The notes beneath the pieces were generated by a model. It was not told the origin of the DNA. It searched no databases and was given only the letters and a program-made list of their open reading frames with translations. A DNA stretch of 64,000 nucleotides from the human T2T-CHM13v2.0 reference genome, Homo sapiens. Of the stretch, positions 1 to 12,035 are shown piece after piece (within the stretch, counting starts at the first letter, position 1; each line of letters starts with the position of its first letter). Both the position numbers and the translations under genes were made by a program. Location: the NCBI RefSeq assembly GCF_009914755.1, contig NC_060935.1. The stretch is one strand, 5' to 3'.

Positions 1-845
1 GCCAGCCAGATGGAGTCGCTGACTGCCCCCTTTGCATCCTTGGAAATTCCTCTTTCATATTGTTCCCTCCACTGGGTATATTCCTCTGCACATCCAAGTT
101 AGACCCTTCCCTTAATGCTCGGCCTGATTCCTTTCCAAGTCTTGCAGCTGGAGAGTTAGTACCCTTATCTGAGTATTCCTGTAGATTTGTTCTTACAGCC
201 CCTCCCACCTTCTGCCATGGAGTGAAGACATTTGGGTCTTCTGGGCTTTTTGCATACCTTTCTGTGGACATAGCACCAATGCCTTGCACATTGTAGGTTC
301 TTCATGAATATTCGTAGAATGAAAGATACCTCTAGAGTCTGCTGGGATCTTAATGGAGTCAGTGTTTCACAAAGGAGGTTCCCTGAAACACTCTTTCCAT
401 GAGAAGCTCTATGAAAGGAGAATACCTTGATCAAATATGTTTGGAAAATGCTGCACACCATGTGCCTCTGTTCAATTCATGGCGTAGAGGAGCTCATTAA
501 AGATTCTGAGAAGTCCTGCAGGAAAGAAGCCTGTAAAAGCCAGAGTTGCACAAACCTCTTAGATCATAAGACTCTTTTTCACTTAACCCTCAAGCAGCAG
601 ACTCTGGGAAGCATTTCAGAGGTCTTTTCAAAGGCCTGTTCTCTGAATGGATGGACCTCCCATGGCAGCATGTCTTATGTCTACAGCAGGGTTAGCAAAC
701 ACTGCTAAATCTCTCTGAGGGTGTTGTTCGCCTTGGGTGGAAGACCAGCCTGGTTTCTGCAGGGAACTTTCAGATCCTTCCTTCAGAAAAATCTTGTTCA
801 CATTACTTCTGCCTACTAAGGGAGCTTCTCCATTACTCTTTGCAG

Positions 846-1008
846 AGTGAAATAGAGAAGCTGAAAGCTGAGAATGATCGGCTGAAGTCAGAGTCTCAAG
901 GCAGTGGCTGCAGCCGGGCTCCTTCCCAAGTGTCCATCTCTGCCTCCCCGAGGCAGTCCATGGGCCTCTCCCAGCACAGCTTGAACCTCACTGAGTCAAC
1001 CAGCCTGG
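846..1008 (+). CDS. NAV2: NAV2 internal coding exon (end of coiled-coil, Ser-rich linker)
   Basis: ttgcag|AGT...CTGG|gtgagt; 163 nt, phase 0->1; SEIEKLKAENDRLKSESQGSGCSRAPSQVSISASPRQSMGLSQHSLNLTESTSL. Confidence 0.95.
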
Positions 1009-1538
1009 GTGAGTGGCCTACAGGGTTTGGGGGCAGGAATGGACCTACAGCTGGCACCCTGATCTCTAAGCGAGAACCCCAAAATAAGCAGATCAACAGA
1101 TCAAATGGAGAGGCAACAGGCGTGTGTGCACTTGGGGTGTGTATGTGTCTGGGTGTGAGTCTGCTACCAACATGAGCCCAGCCGTTAGACTGCTCTCATG
1201 CTTTGCTCCAGCACCCCAAATTCTCCAAGCCCTGAGCTTGGATCCCCTCGCCCACCATGCTGAGTTTGTTTGATCCATTTTAAGAGGCTGACCTGCAAGC
1301 TGAATGCTGTACACAAACCCCATAGTAGCAGGTCTCAGTTGAGGCAGTGGCTTGGTCTATGATCTTCCTGCCTTCAGGATGGATTCCAGGCTGGTGCAAC
1401 CATCAGTGAACACAATCTAGGTTTTCTTTGTAAGCGTATTAAGGCTGATGCTTTTATTTTTTATCCATGATGCTGCTGCTGTTGTTGTTTTGGTTGAGTC
1501 TCTCCCTCGCACTTCCATCCGGCAAGGTGCATTGTCAG

Positions 1539-1553
1539 CCTACTGGTTCTTTG
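1539..1553 (+). CDS. NAV2: Candidate 15-nt NAV2 microexon (AYWFF); 27-nt form from 1527
   Basis: tgcattgtcag|CCTACTGGTTCTTTG|gttggt; phase 1->1 matches the host intron; UC-rich tract and UGC upstream. Confidence 0.5.
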
Positions 1554-1738
1554 GTTGGTCCACCATTGGTTTCTGTGATTGCATTCTCCATTTTGCCCTC
1601 TCCTCTTCCCCTACCCCCCCACCCCCTGCACCCTGACACCTGTTTGTCCCGCTGCTGTGCCAACCTGCAGCGGGGGTGTCAGGAAGCTGGCTTTGCTGTC
1701 CCCATGTGCCTAAGGCTGTTGATGTTTTCCATTCGCAG

Positions 1739-1839
1739 ACATGTTGCTGGATGACACTGGTGAATGCTCGGCTCGGAAGGAAGGAGGCAGGCATGTTAAG
1801 ATAGTTGTCAGCTTTCAGGAGGAAATGAAGTGGAAGGAG
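1739..1839 (+). CDS. NAV2: NAV2 internal coding exon
   Basis: cgcag|AC...GAG|gttagt; 101 nt, phase 1->0; DMLLDDTGECSARKEGGRHVKIVVSFQEEMKWKE. Confidence 0.95.
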
Positions 1840-1993
1840 GTTAGTTGGATCCCTTTCCCTGCTTTGCCTGTCCCTCCCCCAGGTAGAACTACCTAGCTTA
1901 GTGATCTAATTGTAAAACCTCTATCACCTTGGAGCCTAAGGTGATTTGGAAATACTACTAACCCTTCTCTTAACTAACCATAATCCCTTGCAG

Positions 1994-2011
1994 CATTCTG
2001 ACACAAGTAAA
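1994..2011 (+). CDS. NAV2: Candidate 18-nt NAV2 microexon (HSDTSK) or alternative last exon
   Basis: TACTAAC at 1956, ACTAAC at 1973, ccttgcag|CATTCTGACACAAGTAAA|gtgtgc; phase 0->0 matches the host intron. Confidence 0.5.
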
Positions 2012-2816
2012 GTGTGCGAACGGCATTTCCCTTTCTCGTGTGCTTGAAAGTCTAATAAAGAATACTAAAAATGGTCCCACGTTTCACTTTCATGTAATTA
2101 ACTAAACACTAACATCCATTGGAAAGGGCCTTTCTGAATGTAATATACTCCCAAAGCACTTCAGAGGCAGCTATGCACATTCAGCATGTAAGGTACAGAA
2201 ATAAACTGACCACATGCAGCCGACCAAGAGCACCAGTTTTATCGGTCATCAGTCACCAAGAGTACACATCTTGGTAGACATCAAGGGATGGAGATGCCAA
2301 GCCCTGGGAGCATGCAGGTGGCTGAAAATAGAGCTAGTGGGGCGTCCTGACTCCCCAAGGCTGGGGAATCTGAGTTTTCCTAGTACGGTTTCTGTTCACT
2401 TCCAAAGTCTAGGAACTTCCAGAGTCTATACCACTGCCAGAGTCTATTTTGGGATGGGGGCTAGAGCTGATATTGAAAGTTGAATTTTAGCCAGTGATTA
2501 AAACCCAGTGATGCTTTGAATGACTGTTTCTCGAATAAATGTAAAAAGGCCTCATGAGTCACCATTTCAAGTTCCCTTGAGTTTTTTGTTTGTTATTTCT
2601 TAGTATTTCTAGCCAACATGCTATTGTAGTTTCAGACAGCTAGGGAACCCACAGAACAAAGCGTCTGCAGCCAGACCTTTCTTAGGGGATTCAGCTTTGC
2701 GGCTGGCTTGCTAGCCTCACTATAGGGGGTAAGCTCAGCATTTTGGCACTTCCATTAGCGTCATCTAGCCATGAAATATATAGTAGATAGCTCCGTTTTC
2801 AAAACATAGCTAGTAA

Positions 2817-3165
<349 letters not shown>

Positions 3166-4309
3166 GGGAAACTCATTCTTACAGTAAATGCAGGTTACAC
3201 CTTGTGGATTATTTATTCTAGTGATTGTCAATATGAACACATAGAGCATACCTTTTACAAAAGTTTACAAGTCACCTTCAAAAGTTATATTATTCTGCAT
3301 CACTACAGCATCCAGGTGAGGTTGGTTGACCAGGGATTATTATCCTCATTATACAATTGAGAAACCCGAGACCCCAAACATTACTTATTTGAAGCCAGGG
3401 GCAAGTGGTGGGGTCAGATCATGTCACTGCAAGACTGCTGCTCTTTTCTCTGCTGATTTTGCTTAGCCGCCATATGACACCTCCCCCACCTCCACCCAAC
3501 CACGCTCCTGACTCTGATCCTTATGAGCATGTAAAAACCCAATATTATGGCATGTTCTATCAGCTTTTCTTTTATCACTGTGATCTGGTTAGCTGCCACT
3601 ACGCAAAGCCCTGTGAACAGAGATGCAAAAGAGTTAGAAAAAGATGTTTTGAGAGTATTCTTCCCAGAGTTTTACTAGTTTTCTGAGTTGCACATGTTTT
3701 AAGTTTTAACAAGAATAAAAACAATAAATGTTATTTAAAAACAAGATAGAAGAAAAAATAGAAACACATTTTGTCCTGACAATGTTTAAGATCTAGTAAG
3801 GAGGTAAACTTGATATGCAAAAATATGACAGAAATACCTAAAACTAAATATAAATTAGTACAGAATATATCATTATATAAGTTACGTACAGAATTGCCGA
3901 AGCAATTTAAGCTCTGAGCCTGATGGGGTTAATCACTGAAGGCTTCCTGGAAGAGGTGAGTTTATAAGCAAGGTTTGAAAAGAGAGAGATGCTAGACAGA
4001 TGTGGAGAGAGTTCCATACAAGGAATATGTGATTTATGCCCTGTCTGACACATTTACTTAGCAAAAGTTTCCATATTCCAGAGAGGAAATCCTCTTTTCC
4101 TGACTCTTGGACCGCTGTTTTAGCAGTAAAGCAGGGAAAGGTATTAAGACTATTACTTCCACCTAAGTTATACCTGGTTTTAATACAAATAGGACTTTTA
4201 TTCCCCTCTCAAACCATTGGCGGAGTTCTAAGGCAACCTGAGTCCTCTGCTGAACTGAGTCAGAAAAGATCCACCTGTTTTTCACCTGTGTACATTTCCT
4301 TACCCTTAG

Positions 4310-4405
4310 GATTCCAGACCACACCTCTTTCTTATTGGCTGCATTGGAGTTAGTGGCAAGACGAAGTGGGATGTGCTCGATGGGGTGGTTAGACGGCTGT
4401 TCAAA
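4310..4405 (+). CDS. NAV2: NAV2 internal coding exon
   Basis: ccttag|GAT...AAA|gtaagt; 96 nt, phase 0->0; DSRPHLFLIGCIGVSGKTKWDVLDGVVRRLFK (navigator-family motif). Confidence 0.95.
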
Positions 4406-5266
4406 GTAAGTGTTTCAAGACAACGGCTACAGCATACTACCTAACATGGGCATCCGGGCCTGGGGAGGAAAAGAGAGGTTGATGTCCTGAGCTTGGCCAT
4501 TTCTCAGACCTGTCCCCTTCCCTACATGTTAATGTTGCTGGAACTTGTTCCCTGGCTCTCAAGGGAATGGAAGGACAATGGTAAGTACAGACTGGTCATC
4601 GGCCAAATTCTTGCCGTCTGCCCTTTGCAGTGGTGGGCCAGCTAGTGAGTGTGATCTGAGCAACTCTTTGATCCTCTCACAGTGAACTGCTAATGTCCAA
4701 CTCTCTTTTCACCTTAGAATTGTGTCTTAGGACATATGCTTCGGAGTATGTAATCTGTGGCCAGGGCTTAGACACCAGATTTCTAGCCTTCATTTTGGGG
4801 GATTTGATCTGATTTTCCCGGTATCCTGTGCCAACACTTCAGAGTCTTTGATTTGTTTTACGAGTGACATTAATGTCTGATCGATGGCCAGGCTCAAGGA
4901 TGTTGCCATACTTATTTCTCTATTCTTTTTAATCACATCATTAGATTGGGTGTTTGCCATGGGATAAATAACTAATGAGTACCAGGGTGAACCTTGAAAC
5001 ACATGGTGATTTGAAGGAAGCTTTTGGTACATTTTTTCTATTGTCCTGAAGTAAGTCAACAACTATAAGGGCTCATTAATCATATTCCCTGAGTAGTAAT
5101 AATAGTCCACGTTTTTTGTGCCAGACACTATGCCAAGCCCCTTATATTATCCCATTTAAAGGTGAAGAAAGTGAGGGTCAGGTTGGGCACTTTTTCAAGG
5201 TCATGGATCTAGAATTAGACCCCGTTGGTCCAGTTTAGTTGGTCTGACTTCAAAACCTAACTTAAC

Positions 5267-5324
5267 TATTATGTTGGTTCAAAAGTAATTGCACCACCAT
5301 AATTACTTTTGCAACAACCTAATA
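5267..5324. mobile_element. MADE1 (Hsmar1-derived MITE), internally shortened
   Basis: Inverted repeats ttatgttggttcaaaagtaatt / aattacttttgcaacaacctaa with TA flanks. Confidence 0.85.
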
Positions 5325-6214
5325 GTACACTATAGTTTCTTTCTAACAGCTAGATCCAGGTAGCCTCATACAGAGAAAATTCTGTTTTTTGACTGGAGAT
5401 TGGTCCCCATCCTGGTAAGCCAGCCTATAGAAATGAGACCAGAGAAGACATATGAATGGCTTAGATGGACCGATTCTCCGACCTAGGCCAAAAACTTATC
5501 TCTGGTGATGGACAGTTGGGACATCCTTGGATTAGAATAACAGTTTGGGCTGAAAAGAGACACATTGGCATCATAGTAAGTGAGGAAATGAGACCATGCA
5601 AAGCCTGTTACTGGGATTCCACCTAAGTCATCGTGCAGTCACCTCCTAGTACATGGACCTTAGTTCTACATTTACTAACCTAAAACCTTTTGTTCACTCA
5701 ACTAAGAGGGAACACTTTCCAAATTAAACACACGTTTTCCTTCTCAAAGATCTAGAGCTGATTTTTTCTAGCAGTCTGCATTTTAATCTCTTTGTATGAT
5801 CTTTGAGCCAAAAGAAGGGGATGGAAGAGAGATTTCCTGTCAAAATTACTTTTTCGTGAATTTTCCAGCACCATTCACAGGCCCTGATGTCTTCAAGACT
5901 TCAGCCGAACTTAGGAAAAGCAGCCTAGCTTTTCCGTGCTTGGTTCATCCAGACTAAACGTTCACAACCTTGTTAGGGGTTTGTTTTTTTTCTTCCACTG
6001 CTAACCAAATAAATCTGTATTTTAAGAGGCCTGTGGTACTCGGGCTTTATCCCCTTAGAAAGTCAGTTTTTCTCCCCCTCATCCCACAGCTCAATTTCAA
6101 CTCAGACATCTGAGAAAGAAGAGAATATGATCATAAATCACCCAGGGAAAACATGAGTCATGGGCAGATTTTAGCCACATCTTTGATGGGGTCTTTATTT
6201 TTTATTTTTTCCAG

Positions 6215-6383
6215 GAATACATCATTCATGTCGACCCAGTGAGTCAGCTAGGGCTGAATTCAGACAGCGTTCTTGGCTACAGCATTGGAGAAATCAAGCG
6301 CAGCAACACTTCCGAAACACCGGAGCTGCTTCCTTGTGGCTATCTGGTTGGAGAGAACACGACCATCTCAGTGACTGTGAAAG
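6215..6383 (+). CDS. NAV2: NAV2 internal coding exon
   Basis: ttccag|GAA...AAAG|gtaatt; 169 nt, phase 0->1; EYIIHVDPVSQLGLNSDSVLGYSIGEIKR...PELLPCGYLVGENTTISVTVK. Confidence 0.95.
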
Positions 6384-9182
6384 GTAATTTAGCTTGTTGC
6401 AGAGGTCGGAGCTTTCAGGAATTGCAGTGTTTGTTTTGTGACTTGGCATAGGCACTTGTGGCCCCAGTTTTGTTTGTGCATGTATTTGTGGGCTGCTTTT
6501 CTCCCTTCTACCACAGTTACTCTATGCAAGTTGAACCGTCTTTTGCTTTTTCAACCACCTTAGGAAACAAAATCATTTTAGTTTATTGCTGCAATTACCT
6601 AACAAAAGATCCCATTAGCCTTATGACTCTGAGATGATGGAATCTTAATAACCCTGTTGAAATAGGGCTTTACTAATACTGATGAATTACTCTTGCCAGC
6701 AAGCTTTGGATGCAGTCCCGTTCTACAGATGGGAAAACCACGACTTGCAATAGGCTGTAGGAGTCACTCTGAGCATCCTGATGAAACTGCTGAAGCTTGT
6801 GCCCACGCATGATGCTGCTAGAGCTTCCAGTTTCTCATTACCTAGTGATATTAAGCCCCAGGCCAGTGGATTCCTTAGAACTCCAGGCCCACAAAGTTCA
6901 CTGAGGAAAAAAAAAGCTTCACTGCCATGCAATTCTGGGAAACTACATCGTTATCCCCATTTGTGTTTAGGGGACAGGAGTGCACTGGTACATCAAAGGC
7001 TCTGTCATTCAGTGTCCTAACTCCTGCTGTTAAAAAGGCTGTTTAATCCAGTCTGTCCCAAATGTATTTGATTGTAAAACCCTATCATTTCCTATATGTT
7101 ATGGACCACTTGAATATAGACTTTCATAAATACTGTACTAGGCTCATTCTTTTGTGTTGTCTCATTTCTTTCTTCCCTGAAAGGCACTGCTCTTGACTGC
7201 AGTTTTGCAGTTGTTTGATGCAAGGTGTATTTCCTGGTTGGTAGAATTTCCACAAGCACCCCACCATTTTCCATCAGCAGGAATTAAGATCTTGCTCTGC
7301 AGGTGGCAAGTGGTACATATTGCTTGAGCCTCACACAGCCTCCTCCTGCTAGCAAGTGAAATTCCACAATTGTGCCTTTGGACTATAAGTGACAGAAACA
7401 GACTCAAAAGTAGCTGTAACAAAAAAGGAAATGTATGGGCTCATGGCCCTGGGCAATCCAGGGGTACACCTCAAGCACAGCTGGATCCAGGTGGTCAGAC
7501 AGTGAATCAGGACCAGGCCTGCCTCAGCTTTGCCCATCGGCTGTGCTTATTTATTGAGCTCTTTGTACCTGGTTGATGAAATGGCCCCTGGTAGCCCAAT
7601 TCCTTCTTCTAGCTTAGGAACCTGAAGGAAAGAGGGGTTTTTGGGAAAATGTAACAGATAATTCCTAGGGATGACTCTGGCCCACTATAGGTCAAATGCC
7701 CATCACTGAATTGGTCATTATGACCAGGGAGAGGATTTGTCCGAGCCTGGGCACCAGCCCATCCATTTGGGTTGGTGGAAGAGCTGGACCAGTGGAGGAG
7801 AATTGGTGGAGTTGCTGGATTGGTTCCACTTGAACCACCAGGAATGAGCTCCCCATGGGAAAGAAGAGTTCTACCATGAGGGGAAGCAGGAAGGAGTATC
7901 AGACCCACTGGAACAATCATCCTCGACAAGAACCCTTTAAGGAGGGCCTTTTATGTCCTGAGTTCAAATTGCATTTCATCCCTCCTGCCAAGCATGCGTT
8001 TTTCACTTGCTGGTTTTACCTGTGAGCATTACAAAGGACTGAGGAGTAAAAGGAATGGCCTATTGCTGAGACCAGGCCAAGCCTCTCTAGAAAGTAACAA
8101 GATTACCTGCCTCTAGTGGAGCGTGCCACCCCTCTGCAGACCCTGATCCATCGCTGCTGTCAGCACGTCAAGTTTTAGCACCTCAAGGGATCAGCTCAGG
8201 TTTATTTTTCAGTGACACCTGACTCTTCTCTTTCCTAGAGTACTTAAAACTTATGCCTTCAAGACACTAAAAACCACTCAAGGATTTGAGCTGAAAGAGT
8301 TGCCTGAGCTGCAGTGATTCACTTCAGTGGTACCAGGGGAAGGGGGTTTGACTTTGCATTTCCTCAAGTGAGCTCTTGTGCAAAATAGTCACTTCCTGTG
8401 GGGTTTATGGCAGAAGACCGAAACAGAGCAGTACATATATATACAGAGAGGGTGTTCTAGTGGTTTTTTCCTGTGTTTATTATTATTATTAAATTTAGAG
8501 ACCCTACACTCCATACTTTGCATTGAGGTTTGAGCAAGTGTACACTACGTCAAGCTCAGTAGCAGGAAAATCTTAGGCTTGTCCCTAGCAGATAAGGCAT
8601 CTGGGGGCCTTTGTCATGTTCATTCTGGAAGAGTCATTGTACACTTAGATATAGATGCATTGGGGGGATCTGCTAGCAGTGACTGAGTACGTAGAAGGAA
8701 TATGCTATTATAAAACAGTACATACTCTTCAGTTTACTTTTTATTAATTTTGCTGGTTTCTTGAGAGTACCTTTTAACAATGACCTGAGGTTCTGGACAG
8801 CTAACCTTGGATGGATCTTCTCTTAGAGACAGTATCCAAAAGATACCCCTTGTGAAGCCAACAACCCTGATTAATGACATTGTCCCAGATAGGAAAGGAG
8901 AAGGATAAGTTTCCACTTGATGTTGTTGAGGACCAAGAGTCCCAGCTAACAACATTTCAGGCTAGGTCTGCCAGTATTCACATTCCGGAATCAAATGATC
9001 CCGCCTTGCATTTTTCCTCCTTTTAAAGATAAAAGTGGTGTTGCCTTCATGGCACATCTTAGTGTGGATAGCAGTGGTACCTGGTATGTGGGAGGGAGCA
9101 GGGTGAAGAGGCAACCTCAGGGTTGTGACAGACAGGACTCAGGTTTGGTTTGGGCAGATGCCATAGGTATAGTATACTAGAG

Positions 9183-9184
<2 letters not shown>

Positions 9185-9218
<34 letters not shown>
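9185..9218. repeat. (GT)n microsatellite
   Basis: About 17 GT units. Confidence 0.95.
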
Positions 9219-9220
<2 letters not shown>

Positions 9221-9562
9221 TAAGTATAGTAAATCCAGACAGGCAAATAGAGCCCAGAGCCTCATGAATTCTGCAGAGGACAGATAGGGACTGAGAGCCA
9301 AAATGTTCAAGGTGAGTTTGAATCTGGGAAGTTAGCCAAGACAGGAGACAGAAGCACATGGCGTTGATGAACAGGGAGGTGACTTCCTAGAGCAGCAGCA
9401 CTTTGCTCTCAGCCTCCAGTGTTCCTGGGTGTGCAGGAGTCTCAGGTGAGTGGACTGCCGAGGAGAGGAATAACCTCAGGTCTTGGCAGTCCCAGTTAGG
9501 CAAGCACAGAGAGCTGCCTTTTCTACAGGGCTTCAGATGATTCCTGTCTCTCTCAAATGCAG

Positions 9563-9798
9563 GGCTCGCAGAAAACAGCCTGGACTCACTGGTGTTTGAG
9601 TCCTTGATTCCCAAGCCCATCCTGCAGCGCTACGTCTCCCTCCTGATAGAGCACCGTCGGATCATTCTCTCTGGCCCCAGCGGCACTGGGAAAACCTACC
9701 TGGCCAACCGGCTGTCTGAGTATATAGTGCTTCGAGAGGGACGGGAGTTGACAGACGGGGTTATCGCCACCTTTAACGTGGACCATAAGTCCAGCAAG
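9563..9798 (+). CDS. NAV2: NAV2 coding exon with AAA+ Walker A (GPSGTGKT)
   Basis: atgcag|GG...AAG|gtgagg; 236 nt, phase 1->0; GLAENSLDSLVFESLIPKPILQRYVSLLIEHRRIILSGPSGTGKTYLANRL...DHKSSK. Confidence 0.97.
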
Positions 9799-10999
9799 GT
9801 GAGGAGGTCATTCTGAGTCTGCTGTATTTTTTGGCCCTTTCAAAACTGATGATATCACCACTAGCCTGAAGGGAAAGCAGCATTTCCTATCAACAATCCT
9901 TGGGTGGTTTTAGAAAGCCAAGTGAAAGAGGTCCAGAGGGGGCTAGCAGAAAAGAAGTTCCATCTGTGGTTAAGCTGATCGAGCTCATTTATGATGCTCA
10001 GTGCTGGTAGTTCTTTAATGTTATCCACGATACATCTGTTGCAATTTACCAAGAATTTATCATGTGCGTACTGGGTGTTACTGATTTTCCAAAGTAAAAT
10101 ATTTTGTGGAACAACGATAATAACACCAATAACAAAAATAACAATAATAAAAATAATAGAAGCCCACATTTATAGACTGTTTGCCCCATCACCAGCAAAC
10201 ACCTTCTCACAGCAATACCTTCACGGGAGTAGTTGTCACCATCCCCATTTTACAGAGAAGGAAACAGAGGCTTGAAGCAGATTGGTCCTGCACCTAAGAC
10301 CACTCAGATGGTACTAAGTGGTAGAACTGAAGCTCAAGTCAAAGTCTTGGACTCTAGAGCCCTGTGGCCAGCAAATAGATTGGCTCCTGCTTCACGGTGA
10401 GCAACGGAAACCTGTTTGAATGGAGCCTGACCTGGTCCCAGCCGAGAGTTGGAAAGTGCTTTCTCAGACCTGTTCATGCATGCATTAGTGAGCATTGATG
10501 GATAATTCACTCTAGCTGGCCCTATGCAAAGGGGCCAGAGAATCAAAGGTGGATTGGAAATGACTCCTTCGCCTTAAGGATCACCTAGTGTGCTTGAAGA
10601 TACAGGTTCCTAGACCTCACTTCTTGATGACCTATTTCACTAGGTTGTTTGAGGCTGGGTATCTGCACCATCTACAAGTTCCCCAAGTAACTTGATGTAG
10701 GTGCAGGACAAGAGAGAAGTACCCAGAGCTCTTCTGTTGAGAGCCTTTGTGTGAGTTAGGGAACTTCTCCCGGGACCAGTAAGTGAAGGCTCCGCAGGCA
10801 TGGGGAGCCACATGCCTGGGGCCCAGAGATCACGGTGAAGAGGGACTAAGAGAACTAGCCACTTTAAAAGGTGGGCTTTTTCTACTGCTAACAAGACATA
10901 TTTTGACTTAAAATGGAGGCCCAGGGTGGGTGGGTGCTGGTAGGAGATGGAGAAGATGTTACCCCCTGAGCAAGCAGGCTAGCATCTAAGACAGGCCAG

Positions 11000-11230
11000 T
11001 GTGGTGAAGACACAGACTGGGGCAGGCACCCAGGTCTGACCCATGCCCGCTGCTTACCCGCTGTGCACTCTCAGGCCAGGCACCTTATCATACCATGCCT
11101 CAGCTTCTCCTTCTGTAAAATGGACGTAATCATAGTACTCACCTTCTAGGTTATTGTGGGACTACAGAAGTTCCTGTGTGTAAGGCCCTTAAAGCCCTGC
11201 CTGGCTCTAAGTGATGCCAGCTATCATTAT
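11000..11230 (+). mobile_element. MIR SINE remnant
   Basis: MIR core cctcagcttctccttctgtaaaatgg...aaagccct...cctgg. Confidence 0.65.
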
Positions 11231-11880
11231 GACAGTAATGGCAGGCAGCCATCCTAGGTTCTCTGCCAGCTCCTTATCTTGCCGTTTCAGCCTTTTCCAC
11301 TGATGCACCATTATTCTTCCTCTTCCATTTTTGACATGCATCCCTTACCCCAGGCATGCAGGGCTGTGTTCTAGTCCCTGTTGAGCCAATGCCCCACCCG
11401 TTCTCCAAGGTTAAATACAAAGCTTGCCCTTTCAGCAGGACTTCCCCAAGCCCGGTGCATATAGACTTGTCTCCCCAATGCTGTGTGTTGTGTCTGCCAC
11501 AGCACTACTCAGCATGACTTAAGTGTGTGTCTGGCTCCTCTGCTGCTCTGATGTGTAGAGGGCTTCTGTGTATGTAGCTCTCAGGCTACACACATAAAGA
11601 GCACAGTGCTGTGCTTTTACCCCAGGCTCAAGGTTTCCACTCATCAGGTGAATACTGGAAGTCAGGACCCAGTCCTAACTCATCCCATGCCCACTCTGCA
11701 TCCCCTGAGGACCAAGCCAGTGCCCTGTAATAGGCAGGCACCCAGAATGTGTTTACAGCGCAGAATCATGAAGGGCCTTTCTGCCTCCACTGGCCTGGGT
11801 GAGGCAAAGGCCCTGAGCGGTGTGTCTTCACTGAGTGCATTCACCCACTTGTTCTCCTTCGGCCTTCCTGGCCACCATAG

Positions 11881-12035
11881 GAATTGCGCCAGTACCTGTC
11901 CAACCTTGCTGACCAGTGCAACAGTGAGAACAATGCTGTGGACATGCCCCTCGTCATCATCCTGGACAACCTACACCACGTGAGCTCTCTGGGCGAGATC
12001 TTCAATGGGCTGCTCAACTGCAAGTACCACAAATG
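11881..12035 (+). CDS. NAV2: NAV2 coding exon with Walker B-like VIILDN
   Basis: ccatag|GAA...AAATG|gtaaag; 155 nt, phase 0->2; ELRQYLSNLADQCNSENNAVDMPLVIILDNLHHVSSLGEIFNGLLNCKYHK. Confidence 0.96.

Noticed and set aside
1467-1754. 95-aa ORF with a signal-peptide-like start (MMLLLLLFWLSLSLA)
   Set aside because: The Leu run comes from the (TGC/TGT) tract upstream of the candidate microexon. The ORF is out of frame with NAV2 and no promoter is evident.
1840-1888. Pyrimidine tract plus CAG|GTAGAA 43 nt after the donor
   Set aside because: Too short for an intron, and as an alternative donor it frameshifts; no further support.
6065-6214. Acceptor-like cccacag at 6089
   Set aside because: The 125-nt extension has an immediate in-frame stop, and such cryptic sites are common.
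8105-8125. CTCF-like CCACTAGAGGCAG on the minus strand
   Set aside because: It lacks one G of the core spacing, so the match is weak.
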